Assembly (NCBI GenBank): GCA_964609675.1
Contig: CAZSRX010000021.1
Span: 373 to 64,372 of the forward strand
Reading direction: 5' to 3'
Source: an uncultured Bacteroidota bacterium
GTDB lineage: Bacteria > CLD3 > SB21 > JBBIRG01
DNA: 64,000 nt
The position numbers were made by a program, and so were the translations under genes. The notes below the pieces were generated by a model. That model searched no databases. It was not told the DNA's origin and worked only from the letters and a program-made list of their open reading frames with translations. Positions 1-9,329 of the stretch are shown one piece after another (position 1 is the stretch's first letter; each line of letters starts with the position of its first letter).

Positions 1-1753
1 TAGCCAGCCATTTTGTGTTCAGTTTAGGCGTCAGCGTAAAACGGAAAAACTTGCATTCCTCCACATTTTTTGTACCAGGCGCGTTTGCAGTAATTTCCAG
101 TTCAAAACAATCTTCCCTTTTAATCGGCATTCCCTCAGGTTCATTAATGGCGCCTGGTCTGAAATATAATTCGATTGTCGTTTTTTCTCCAGGGGCAATA
201 TTGGTGAATGACGGATCATCAGATAATCCGTAGATGTTGTCTCCTTTTGAAATATACATACCTGTCCTGAACAACTCGTCTTTAAACTGATTTCCTGTAG
301 TGTTGTGCCTGAGCCTGAAACAGCCTGATATTTTCTTCGGAAAAATCCTGTTACACCTGTTATGAATATCAAATTCTATCCGGTATTCTGTTTCTTCGTC
401 CCATTCGTAGGCTGGAATTTTTTCAGGAAACCCAACTATTTTCTGCAAATCCTGGTTACTATGGATAATCTCAAGAGAAACGGATGGCTTATATAAAAAG
501 AAAACAACCAGGTAAAGAAACAATAATATTCCTGCAATGATTATGGCCCATATCCACCACGGCATTCCGGGGGGCGGTTCAAAATTCAGTATGGCGTCCC
601 TCTCTGCGGACTGCACGGAGTAATAAAATGTGCCCTTCCAGTATGAATTCGGATTATAAACCATGTCAAATTTAAGAACCAAACCGACGCTCAGGTCCTC
701 TCCCCTGAAAATTGATGAAGAGATGTCGAACGGAGAAATGCTGTACATATTAGGATGGCCCTGAACCGGACGGAAATCAATGTCATAATTTGCTTCTGTT
801 CCCTTGTTCCTTAAATGAAAGGAAATGACCTTTTTCTGAATGTTATCCGGGTTGACGGGTTTCTGCCTGTTCTTTTCGCTGACATACATGCTGAAACTGA
901 AAGGATTCATCTTAAAAACAGACTGCTCCTGGTCCAGGGAAAGACTTTTCCTCTCGATTTCTATCACAGGTACATCCAAAAGGCGCAATACCGATACTTT
1001 AACAAGCATGGGATTAGCCGGATAAATGGGACGTTGTATGACAATTTCATAAACCGGTTCAAGCAGGAAGTTATTGTTGAAAAACTTCACCACTTCATTT
1101 TCGATATAATCAACTTTATTCCTGCTGTTGTCCCGGACAGCCAGTCGGTCGTTAAGCCCGATGCCTCCATCGCCGGAAACAAAGTCGCTGACCTGTATAA
1201 CAATTACCGTATCTGCGGATATTCTCTTATCCGAAAGATATGCGAGTGAAAAAGGGTATACATACCGTATCATCTGAAAATCATATTCCGGAAGTGATTG
1301 AATCCCTTTTAATATATCTGGAATCTCGTCGGCATTTTTTGCTTCCTGAGAGTGACGGAATACCGTATTTGAAAGACTGACAATGAAATCCGGGGAGGAT
1401 TTAGCTTTTGACTCACACAGCTGTATATCCTGTCCATTAATGCCGTGGGTCAGGAAATCCAGGCGGTCGTTCTTTTCTCTGTGATATAACGGCAGGTAAA
1501 GCTTAAAATGATCCATTACGTCCCGGTCTATACGGGCATTCTGGCTGATTTTTAATTCGGAGGATGTAAGCAATTGAATCAGGATGTCGTTAACTTCTCT
1601 ACGCATTTTACGGTCATGAGGCTGAAACTGGTTCCCGGATGAACCGGAAAGGTCATACAGGACAATAATATGCCGGTGAACCTGCTGAATCGGAGTTTGG
1701 GCCTGTAAAGCGCAAACTATGAAAGCGAATATAAGCAAAATGGCTTTCTTCAT
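1..1753 (-). CDS. vWA (von Willebrand factor A) domain protein with N-terminal signal peptide and C-proximal TM helix; start is complete at 1753, 3' end runs off the window
   Basis: Manual translation from the ATG at 1753 gives MKKAILLIFAFIVCALQAQTPIQQVHRHIIVLYDLSGSSGNQF..., i.e. a signal peptide followed by a DxSxS MIDAS motif. A later IQVSDFVSGDGG stretch is vWA-like, and a hydrophobic helix WWIWAIIIAGILLFLYLVVFFLY lies near residues 410-435. The frame is open to position 1. It is absent from the ORF track because there is no stop codon inside the window. Low GC. Confidence 0.6.
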   Translation of the reverse strand, partial: MKKAILLIFAFIVCALQAQTPIQQVHRHIIVLYDLSGSSGNQFQPHDRKMRREVNDILIQLLTSSELKISQNARIDRDVMDHFKLYLPLYHREKNDRLDFLTHGINGQDIQLCESKAKSSPDFIVSLSNTVFRHSQEAKNADEIPDILKGIQSLPEYDFQMIRYVYPFSLAYLSDKRISADTVIVIQVSDFVSGDGGIGLNDRLAVRDNSRNKVDYIENEVVKFFNNNFLLEPVYEIVIQRPIYPANPMLVKVSVLRLLDVPVIEIERKSLSLDQEQSVFKMNPFSFSMYVSEKNRQKPVNPDNIQKKVISFHLRNKGTEANYDIDFRPVQGHPNMYSISPFDISSSIFRGEDLSVGLVLKFDMVYNPNSYWKGTFYYSVQSAERDAILNFEPPPGMPWWIWAIIIAGILLFLYLVVFFLYKPSVSLEIIHSNQDLQKIVGFPEKIPAYEWDEETEYRIEFDIHNRCNRIFPKKISGCFRLRHNTTGNQFKDELFRTGMYISKGDNIYGLSDDPSFTNIAPGEKTTIELYFRPGAINEPEGMPIKREDCFELEITANAPGTKNVEECKFFRFTLTPKLNTKWLA

Positions 1754-1768
1754 TTTAACCTCCGGATT

Positions 1769-2416
1769 TTATCCTACTTTAATTCTTCCGATGGACTGTA
1801 TGGACCATTTATCCCCGTTTTTTCTGCAAAGGGCTGGTTTGATGAGTTGGGTGATTCTCAGGTCATTCTGACTTGACGCTACATCGACTTCAAATGATTT
1901 CTTAAAAACAAATGATGTGTTCTGATCGTAAGGAATGGCCCGTGTCGGCGCCAGCCAGTACAAGTCGTCCCACTGGAACAGAACAAAATAACCGGAAGCA
2001 TCGGCTTCAATCACGGGCTCTGAATCCTGACCGATTTCAGTGTGAAAAGCATCTAATTTAAGCGACACTTTTTTCGCGTCATGGTCAGTAATCCATTTTT
2101 TCAATTTTTCCCGGTCAGAGAGGCTTTGATTGAAAAGCTGAATAACCGAACTGATGTTTTTTTCTTTTTTTCCTTCAGTTTCCGGCAAAATGATTTCCGC
2201 TTTCTGCGCGGGAGATTTCTCATTGTCCGCAAACTTGCGTAATGCGGTTTTTAGTCGGTCTATATCCTCTTCTATCCCGGATAACCGGTCCTGAAAATCG
2301 TTTATTTTGCGGAATAATTGTCTTACTGATTTCCGCATTGAATAAAAAAGCCAGATAAACAAGATAATCATCACCGCATACGCGATAATGGCGATCAGCA
2401 TATTCGTAGTCAGCAT
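1769..2416 (-). CDS. hypothetical membrane-anchored protein: N-terminal TM helix, then a coiled-coil-like charged segment and a C-terminal globular part
   Basis: 215-aa ORF with hydrophobic N-terminus LIAIIAYAVMIILFIWLFY followed by a heptad-like charged region (RLSGIEEDIDRLKTALRKF). 15-nt gap to the downstream gene and 21-nt gap to the upstream gene, same strand. Confidence 0.5.
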   Translation of the reverse strand: MLTTNMLIAIIAYAVMIILFIWLFYSMRKSVRQLFRKINDFQDRLSGIEEDIDRLKTALRKFADNEKSPAQKAEIILPETEGKKEKNISSVIQLFNQSLSDREKLKKWITDHDAKKVSLKLDAFHTEIGQDSEPVIEADASGYFVLFQWDDLYWLAPTRAIPYDQNTSFVFKKSFEVDVASSQNDLRITQLIKPALCRKNGDKWSIQSIGRIKVG

Positions 2417-2437
2417 GGAGGCCCGCTTGTATAGGAT

Positions 2438-5400
2438 TTATGAAAAGGTTTTTCGGTCTTCTTGCATCTTTTTAATTAACGCCCTGGCGCCGATGATAAA
2501 CGGGGACTCCAGCACAATGTCGCTTTCTTTTCCCCTGAAAGCTCCCTGGATGGCGCTAAATACAACATTACGGTCAAATTTCAGAGGGTATATCAGCAAA
2601 TCATCACAGAAATTCAGGAATTCATGTTTGGCCATACCCAATTCGCAAAGTTCATTAAGAAGTTCAAATTTGGATAGGGTAGGATTTATCATATGGGCTT
2701 TATCGAGTAATATATAGTCGTTACGTGCTAGTTCATCCTTGTCCAGCAGGATTCCCGTTTCACCTACAATAACTGCTTTTGAATCTTTTTTAGTTATTTT
2801 AGAGACGGAGAATCCTTCCCTGATTTCATTGCCTATCTCGTTCTTCTGGTCCTTTGTGGATGAGATAGACTTCAGAAATTTGTTGTCTTCATGAATCAAT
2901 AGACCGCGGCATACTTCCTCTTTGGGTTCATCCGAAAGGCATATCGTTATTTGATCGGAACGGAGTTCTTCCCTGTATCCGATAGCGAAAGCCCCCCTGC
3001 CAAGTTTTTCATATACCTTACTGATATCCGGATACAGAAGCTTAAGTAGTTTGGAAGCATTGCCCCCGATGTGAACAGTTACGTTGCTAATTGCCGGATC
3101 CTGTTTGTAAAATAACTGGCCTAAAAAATAAAACATCGAAGCAAAACCCCAGAAGATGACGGAACGGCCGTACTTAACGGGCTCATCCTCCAGATTACCC
3201 GTAAAATAGGAAACAACATTTTCCCCTTTTTGGCTCATAATGTTGTTAATGATTGATCCGTTGTAAATACTGGAATTGGCGAACATATTCTGGATGCGCG
3301 CTGTCTTTACCTTACGCTCGGCCTCATTAGATCCGAAATTGGCGATGCTTACTATTTTTTTCATGAAAACATCAGATTTGCTGAACAAATCTTCAAACAG
3401 CAGAACACCGCCCATTCTGAATGAGAGGTTTTCTTTTATATAATTGCTTCCCTTTTTGCTGTCCCAAATAACCAGGTCTGTCGTTCCGCCCCCGATATCA
3501 ACGGAGACAAAATATTTACCGTTACCGGTTCCTACAATATCATCTTCCCTTTTTTCGGTACAGTACAAGGCGGTTGCGATTCCCTCATCGATGTCTATCT
3601 GTTTATCGTCAATATTTCTGAAATAACTGGTTTTGATATCAACACCGGTCGTTTCATAAACCGATTTTGCTGATTTTTCCCAGGTTGACTTGAAAATCGT
3701 TATCCGGTTTTTTTCAAAAGATAAGGGATAGCTCCATAAAATATGTACCTGCGACTTCTTCAGGTTATATTTAACATGATAAGCTATAAGCAGCATCAAC
3801 TGGGTGATGAACATATCGACCAACGGCATCATTTTCGGATCGGTTGTCCATTTAATCTGTGTGCGGATCTGCGAGGAAAACATTTTAGCGACATCGTCTT
3901 CCATTTTTTCAATATTCTGGAAAGGAATCATGCCATGAATAAACGAAATTCTCTGATTAGCGGCTTCTTTTTTGTAAAGTAAAGCCGTTGTTATCGGAAA
4001 TATGAAAGAATCCGATATGAAATTAGTTGACCGTAATACATTCGCATAAGGCGTGTTGTTGTTAAATACTTCCAGAGGCTTCAGATCATTGATTTCCATC
4101 CGTTTTTTGACCAACTGGCCGTCCAGTAAAAATACATTTGTATTGGAAGTGCCGAAATCGATGCTGACCTCAACAGATGTATTTTCTGTCCTTTCCGCGT
4201 TCGGAGCCTCTATCGCGAATATCCCGAGCGGCTCGCCTTCTCCCTGCAGGGCTTCTTTTTTTCCGTCAGGCAAATCCCTGACCGGAACGGATTGCAGTTC
4301 AATAATGGATGGAAACGATTTCAGACAGTAAACGGACAATTTATCCTCTACTCTGCTGGCAACAACATCAGGTTCATCTTTCATAGAGAAGACCTGAAGC
4401 CGTACATTTGTCTGTATATCTTCCGAATGTGAAAAGAGGCAATAATACCGGTTCCATGCAGGATCATTATATCTCGGCCAGATATCCAGCAGAGGTATAT
4501 TGTCATACTCAATAATATCTTTCGCGTAAAAATCTTTATGCAACGAATAACCGGCACCGCTTTTGTTCAGCTGAATGCGTACTTTAAACCGGTTCCCTGA
4601 ACTGCCCGGATCTTCCAGTTCTTCAATGAAACATTTATCATAATCAATCTCGTATCCCTTTTCTTTCAGGAAACGAAGCCTGACAGGAAAAGTGAATACG
4701 GGTTCCGTCCTGCCGCTTTTCCATTTAAGAGGTTTGATATATTGCGTGTTTATATTTTGGAGCTTGATTAATTTTTCGACAAATACCTGTTTTATGTCTA
4801 TGGGTAATTTGGCTTTTCTGGCGAATGTTGAGTAAAAGGAATTTTCACTTATATTGTTGTAGATAGAAAAAACAGCAGGAGATGCATGAGCAATAATTTT
4901 CTTCTCAATTTCTGCTTTCCATTTTTCTAAAAGCGAACATATTTCATGTCTTTTGTACTCTTTATTATCTGCCGGTTGAAATTGTTTAATTCGGGTTATG
5001 GTTTCATTAATCCAGTTATTTAAGATTGAAAGCATTGTTTCATCGACAGCAAATTTCGGGCATTTTAAAGGATCGGTAAATTTGAATTTTTGTGTTTCTT
5101 CGTTCTTAATGACCCAGGTAAAAGTGTCTGACGGGGCAGGTGCAGCATAGTCAGCCCCCGTAAAAACTAATGTTAAGGGCGAAAAACCGCCAAGAACTCT
5201 TTTCTTTCCTCCGGCAATATGCTTTATTAAATAAAACTCCTCTTCAGGCCAGTATTGATCATTAGGTTTCAGTTTTTTTACTATTCCTGTAAATCCGTCA
5301 TTCGCTAACTTTACTTTTATTATTTCAATTTTTATATCCAATATATCGCTGAAACATAATAATGCCAGAAGTCCTCTCCATTCATCCGTCACAAACTCAT

Positions 5401-5677
5401 GAGCAGGATGCTTAAACCCTTTATTATCCTTCTCAATTGCAAAATACAAAGCCTTATAGAATAGGTATGGACGAGCCCAGACTGTGGGTATTGAGGAAAT
5501 CATATCCGGGGTTTTATCCGTATCATGGATCATGATATCTCTTCCAAGGTTTTCGAGTTGGGAATCTCGGAAACCAACCCACTTACCGGGCTCGGGACTG
5601 TACTGCATACTATTGTTAACACAGACCACTTCCGGTAAAAAGGCTTTAGTCCCTGTCGGTTTTTCATTGTTTGGCAT
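2438..5677 (-). CDS. large (1079 aa) protein with an internal Hsp70/actin-fold (ASKHA) ATPase core
   Basis: Phosphate-1-like motif SIDFGTSNTNVF (compare Hsp70 IDLGTTNS) near residue 505 and phosphate-2-like motif VSVDIGGGTTDLVIWD (compare Hsp70 DLGGGTFD) near residue 735. About 500 aa of N-terminal and 180 aa of C-terminal sequence are unassigned. No signal peptide. Low GC. Confidence 0.6.
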   Translation of the reverse strand: MPNNEKPTGTKAFLPEVVCVNNSMQYSPEPGKWVGFRDSQLENLGRDIMIHDTDKTPDMISSIPTVWARPYLFYKALYFAIEKDNKGFKHPAHEFVTDEWRGLLALLCFSDILDIKIEIIKVKLANDGFTGIVKKLKPNDQYWPEEEFYLIKHIAGGKKRVLGGFSPLTLVFTGADYAAPAPSDTFTWVIKNEETQKFKFTDPLKCPKFAVDETMLSILNNWINETITRIKQFQPADNKEYKRHEICSLLEKWKAEIEKKIIAHASPAVFSIYNNISENSFYSTFARKAKLPIDIKQVFVEKLIKLQNINTQYIKPLKWKSGRTEPVFTFPVRLRFLKEKGYEIDYDKCFIEELEDPGSSGNRFKVRIQLNKSGAGYSLHKDFYAKDIIEYDNIPLLDIWPRYNDPAWNRYYCLFSHSEDIQTNVRLQVFSMKDEPDVVASRVEDKLSVYCLKSFPSIIELQSVPVRDLPDGKKEALQGEGEPLGIFAIEAPNAERTENTSVEVSIDFGTSNTNVFLLDGQLVKKRMEINDLKPLEVFNNNTPYANVLRSTNFISDSFIFPITTALLYKKEAANQRISFIHGMIPFQNIEKMEDDVAKMFSSQIRTQIKWTTDPKMMPLVDMFITQLMLLIAYHVKYNLKKSQVHILWSYPLSFEKNRITIFKSTWEKSAKSVYETTGVDIKTSYFRNIDDKQIDIDEGIATALYCTEKREDDIVGTGNGKYFVSVDIGGGTTDLVIWDSKKGSNYIKENLSFRMGGVLLFEDLFSKSDVFMKKIVSIANFGSNEAERKVKTARIQNMFANSSIYNGSIINNIMSQKGENVVSYFTGNLEDEPVKYGRSVIFWGFASMFYFLGQLFYKQDPAISNVTVHIGGNASKLLKLLYPDISKVYEKLGRGAFAIGYREELRSDQITICLSDEPKEEVCRGLLIHEDNKFLKSISSTKDQKNEIGNEIREGFSVSKITKKDSKAVIVGETGILLDKDELARNDYILLDKAHMINPTLSKFELLNELCELGMAKHEFLNFCDDLLIYPLKFDRNVVFSAIQGAFRGKESDIVLESPFIIGARALIKKMQEDRKTFS

Positions 5678-5696
5678 ATATTTTCTCCGGTATTAA

Positions 5697-7202
5697 CTAA
5701 TTGATGTTATAAACTTTCTGAACAAAATTATAGCTTGCCTGATAGAAAATATTCACTAATTTGGCGGAAGCAGAAGAAAGGCCGCTTTCCACTTTGACTT
5801 TTTTCAGGCATTCAATAAATTTTGTATAATCAGGAGTCAAACCACTCTCATTGAAAAGTACGGATGAAAAATCAGATTCCACATTGCGGCGTGTGTTGAT
5901 AAGTCTGACTACGGGATTGTCAAACCGATGGGTATCCCTCAGCCATTCAAAAAAGGAATAATGTCCTTCCCTCTGGAAAAAATCTCTAACGATAGCCAAA
6001 TATTGTTTTTCCCTGTCAGCTGTTAAATCATCATTTTTCTTGAAGAAATCCCTGATAACTTTCATTTCACCGGGAAATTGAGTAAACTGATTAGTGTTCT
6101 TGTAAAAATAGAGATAGACAGTTCCCATAATAGCTGCTGTCGCCATTTTTATCTTTATTTCGTCCCTTTCAAAGGAGTTTGACGGCATATCGTTCCAGGT
6201 CACCTCATTATTATTTTCACGCCCGCAATAACAATATTCTATTTTGGATTCGCTTCTTTTAGGTAGCGGCTGAGTGTCTTTAAAAAAAGCCATAGCGGAT
6301 AAGGCGGCAATTATTTCAATATAGTGAGGATGATTTGTCTGGCTTTCCCCTCCCACCGCAAATTTTCCAAGTGCCGTATCTTTAATGCTTTTTTCACCAA
6401 GTACATAAATTCTGTTATAAACACCCTTGATAAAAATATCATAATTCATCAGCGCGGCCTTAGTGCTGGAAATAAAATTTTCACTCTTCACAAATAAGCC
6501 GTCAATTTTCTTATCGGGCGTTGAAAAAGTGAAATAAGGCAGCATAATCATACCGCCGATGTAAATATTTTCTCTGTTTTCTGTAATATCAAGGATAAGT
6601 TTGGGTAAATTCGGGAATCCTGCCGCTCCGGTGCCTCCAAAGATGGAACCGCAGATAAATATTCTGATATCTGATGCTTTATTCTCCTTTATCAGTCTCA
6701 TAGTCTGGCCGATAGGGCTCTGTAAAACTTCAGGTTCGGCATTATCATAATCGTTAAAAATTTTAGAGCTTGCCATAACCACAGACCCAATCGCGGGATG
6801 ACCCCGGAAGCCCTGGTTGAGCTTAGTGCATCTCTCATCTTCGGTCAAAAGCAGATTACATAAATCCTGTTCGTCTTCAGACAGCATGTTATATTTTATG
6901 AGATCATGGAGGGATTCATCCCTTTTAACAGGCGACCAGTGCCAGTTGTACTCCTGGTGCTCATCGATTGGACCTTTTATAATAGGAGAGAAAAAAGGGA
7001 CATTCCCATAACCCATACCCCTGCACTTCTGATATAAATTCAGCAGTTTCATGGTCCTGCCAAGATTACCGTTGCCTTTATCCGGGTCAATGAGTAAAAC
7101 GTGCGTCTCATCAGCGCCCAATCCGCAGGCAGATAGATACGCAAAGGCTTCTGTCATTTGAATGCCTCGGCCGCCTATTCCGATCAATATATTGATAGCC
7201 AT
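5697..7202 (-). CDS. tubulin/FtsZ-superfamily GTPase-like protein
   Basis: N-terminal NILIGIGGRGIQ resembles the FtsZ T1 glycine loop (GxGGGGxN). GSIFGGTGAAGFP resembles the tubulin/FtsZ T4 signature GGGTG[ST]G. MNYDIF is a possible T7-like NxDxx element. 501 aa, no signal peptide or TM helix. Low GC. Confidence 0.55.
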   Translation of the reverse strand: MAINILIGIGGRGIQMTEAFAYLSACGLGADETHVLLIDPDKGNGNLGRTMKLLNLYQKCRGMGYGNVPFFSPIIKGPIDEHQEYNWHWSPVKRDESLHDLIKYNMLSEDEQDLCNLLLTEDERCTKLNQGFRGHPAIGSVVMASSKIFNDYDNAEPEVLQSPIGQTMRLIKENKASDIRIFICGSIFGGTGAAGFPNLPKLILDITENRENIYIGGMIMLPYFTFSTPDKKIDGLFVKSENFISSTKAALMNYDIFIKGVYNRIYVLGEKSIKDTALGKFAVGGESQTNHPHYIEIIAALSAMAFFKDTQPLPKRSESKIEYCYCGRENNNEVTWNDMPSNSFERDEIKIKMATAAIMGTVYLYFYKNTNQFTQFPGEMKVIRDFFKKNDDLTADREKQYLAIVRDFFQREGHYSFFEWLRDTHRFDNPVVRLINTRRNVESDFSSVLFNESGLTPDYTKFIECLKKVKVESGLSSASAKLVNIFYQASYNFVQKVYNIN

Positions 7203-7233
7203 AAATAAATGCTCCCTTTATTTATATTAATTT

Positions 7234-7722
7234 CTATCCGATATGTACTTTGCAGGGTATCCTAAGCCAGGGAATTACTTTTGTTGTAAAAGAAGGTCGA
7301 AAGATATGTGACAGTGACCAATAAAGCAAAATATATTCAATTAAGGCTGTATATATCGCATAAAAAGTATTCGGCAGCGTTAATAAAGCCTCAAAACCCA
7401 GGTACTCCTCTATAGCAGGATAAGAATGAGTTGGTAAACTTAAACAACGCAGTAAGACTATAACAGCTATCAATACAATACCAATCAACAAAAAAAGAAA
7501 CCAGCCCTTCAGCGGACGATAAGCCTCCGTTATATCTCTTGGTACTAATTTCTTTTTTACGACATAATACATTACTAGGATAGTGATGATTGCAATAAAA
7601 ATTACTATCAAAAAATTATCAGTCAGAAATTCGGACCATTTCTGGGCGGTATAGTTCATGGGCTGTTTCCCGATACCTATCAACTGCAAGAGTTTATGCA
7701 ACATATCTTTAACTCCTTTCAA
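7234..7722 (-). CDS. small integral membrane protein (2-3 predicted TM helices)
   Basis: 162-aa ORF with hydrophobic segments FLIVIFIAIITILVMYYVV, WFLFLLIGIVLIAVIVLL and AIYTALIEYILLYW. 2-nt gap to the upstream vWA gene. Confidence 0.5.
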   Translation of the reverse strand: MKGVKDMLHKLLQLIGIGKQPMNYTAQKWSEFLTDNFLIVIFIAIITILVMYYVVKKKLVPRDITEAYRPLKGWFLFLLIGIVLIAVIVLLRCLSLPTHSYPAIEEYLGFEALLTLPNTFYAIYTALIEYILLYWSLSHIFRPSFTTKVIPWLRIPCKVHIG

Positions 7723-7724
7723 TA

Positions 7725-8972
7725 TTAATAAATCGCAAGATAAAACCGACCTATGATTTGCGGGTTAATTTCAGCAGACAAAACAAGCAGTTTTTTTGTG
7801 AAATCATATAAATAAGGCGTTTTCGATCCCGGATTTTTCGCGTTATCGGTTGACCATTCTTTTATCCATTCAGGGTATACAACAGTGGGGCTGAATGATG
7901 CCTCACAGTAAAAAGCATACCAGAGTTTTTTCATGATCGGAGCGAGTTGCAGTTTTATCTGTGTTTCAAATTCACCATTTTCATTTATCCTGAATGCTTC
8001 AACCGATTTGATTTTTACAAGCTTGTCTTCTTTTTCTGCCGGTCTGTCAGATTTTATTATTTTTTTTAGAACATTAAGAGATACGTTACAAATCTGGGAA
8101 TCTGTGTTTGTCGTATAAAAAATCTGATAATCTTTAATAAACTTTCCTTTAACCGATACATTCAGATAACCAGTGCTTTGCCCTTCAAATTCAATGATTT
8201 TATAATTCTTAACTCCGGTTTCAGCCGGAACCGTCAATAACGATGAGCTTTCTTTATCGACTTTCAAGACAACTTCCGATTTCTCAACCGCCTCAGAACC
8301 GGAGACAAACAGATATTCGGTTTTCAGGCCGGGAATTGTTCTGGCATCCTCTGTGATGATGTTCACCAGTTTCTGACTATGTGATCGATGGCCGAAAACA
8401 AACATGTAAAATTGCTGGGTTTTTGTCTGAAAACCCAGCAGATAAAAATCATTCTTACTTAGTATCCATTTTGATATTTCCTCAACGACACCCAGTATAT
8501 CTGGTTTAAAATCGATCAAAGGAATGCCGTCGGTTATAATTATATTGATGGAACTGGTATTCAGAGTATCCCCGACAAAGAGGCGCATCACTTTCTTGAT
8601 ATCAGTATCCCCCCTATATTTTACAGGATTTTCTATTTCATCGATCAGGCGGTCATCGGATAAATTCTGTATATCAGCATCAAAACTATGGTATCTTCTT
8701 TGGCATTTGACATAGGATGTTTTAAGAGTCAGCGCGAATTTTGTCATCAAGCTGATATACATTTTATCCCGGGCATAACTGACCATAGAACCTGAACGGT
8801 CAAAATATATGCTTATATCTTCAAGTTCTTTCACAGCCACTGAATTTTTATCAAAAATTTCTTGAACAGTTTTCCATTCCGGAGGATCATCTTTGCATGA
8901 GTTAAAAAAGAAACCGGTCATCATCAAAAATATCACGAAATATTTTATTACTACCTTTTTTGTATTAATCAT
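7725..8972 (-). CDS. vWA domain lipoprotein (first gene of the low-GC operon)
   Basis: Lipoprotein-like N-terminus MINTKKVVIKYFVIFLMMTGFFFNSC (lipobox FNSC). Complete MIDAS triad: DRSGS (DxSxS), GDTDI (T) and IIITDG (D). RBS GGAGAAAGG lies 3 nt upstream. Confidence 0.65.
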   Translation of the reverse strand: MINTKKVVIKYFVIFLMMTGFFFNSCKDDPPEWKTVQEIFDKNSVAVKELEDISIYFDRSGSMVSYARDKMYISLMTKFALTLKTSYVKCQRRYHSFDADIQNLSDDRLIDEIENPVKYRGDTDIKKVMRLFVGDTLNTSSINIIITDGIPLIDFKPDILGVVEEISKWILSKNDFYLLGFQTKTQQFYMFVFGHRSHSQKLVNIITEDARTIPGLKTEYLFVSGSEAVEKSEVVLKVDKESSSLLTVPAETGVKNYKIIEFEGQSTGYLNVSVKGKFIKDYQIFYTTNTDSQICNVSLNVLKKIIKSDRPAEKEDKLVKIKSVEAFRINENGEFETQIKLQLAPIMKKLWYAFYCEASFSPTVVYPEWIKEWSTDNAKNPGSKTPYLYDFTKKLLVLSAEINPQIIGRFYLAIY

Positions 8973-8975
8973 TTA

Positions 8976-8984
8976 CCTTTCTCC
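8976..8984 (-). promoter_or_regulatory. Shine-Dalgarno (GGAGAAAGG) for the vWA lipoprotein gene; the AT-rich 8985-9280 region upstream presumably carries the operon promoter
   Basis: The reverse complement of 8973-8984 reads GGAGAAAGGTAA immediately before the ATG at 8972. Upstream DNA is more than 75% AT with no convincing ORF. Confidence 0.4.
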
Positions 8985-9280
8985 AACAAGATTAAATTTT
9001 CATTAAAAATATTTATTAAAAAAAACCTCTTGATTTTGATATAAAGACATTATTTGATGATTTATATTTAGATATGACTCAATATGCAAAAAAAGAACCC
9101 TTTTTAAATAAAGGCCCCTCTAAAAATTACCTTCTTTTGACAAAAAATAAGCATAAACATTTTAATATTCAAATTATTTTACTCTTCCAACCTCTTTATT
9201 GCGTCTTAATCCGTTCTTTTAGCCGTAAAACGCATATTTTAAGAGAAAAAGCTGATCAAGTATTTCATGACCGGCTCCTA

Positions 9281-9329
9281 TTTAAAAAAAGTTAAAAATC
9301 TCCTGTAGGATACGGTTTATAGGAGATTT
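9281..9329 (-). terminator. rho-independent terminator downstream of sucD
   Basis: Inverted repeat AAATCTCCT...AGGAGATTT at 9296-9329. On the minus strand it is followed by TTAACTTTTTTT (plus-strand A-run 9283-9290), just after the sucD stop at 9353. Confidence 0.4.

Noticed and set aside
31-1249. ORF-track frames 31-372 (minus), 815-1249 (plus) and 840-1025 (plus)
   Set aside because: They overlap, in wrong frames or on the wrong strand, the continuous 584-codon minus-strand vWA gene that begins at 1753 with a signal peptide and MIDAS motif. They are artefacts.
2438-5677. Calling the 1079-aa protein DnaK/HscA
   Set aside because: The Hsp70-like motifs are internal (after about residue 500). 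The substrate-binding domain signature and C-terminal lid are absent. Length and context do not fit a housekeeping Hsp70.
9074-9295. 73-aa plus-strand ORF in the AT-rich region between the island operon and sucD
   Set aside because: Low-complexity Lys- and Leu-rich translation in AT-rich promoter DNA with no RBS. More likely it is the promoter or UTR of the minus-strand operon.
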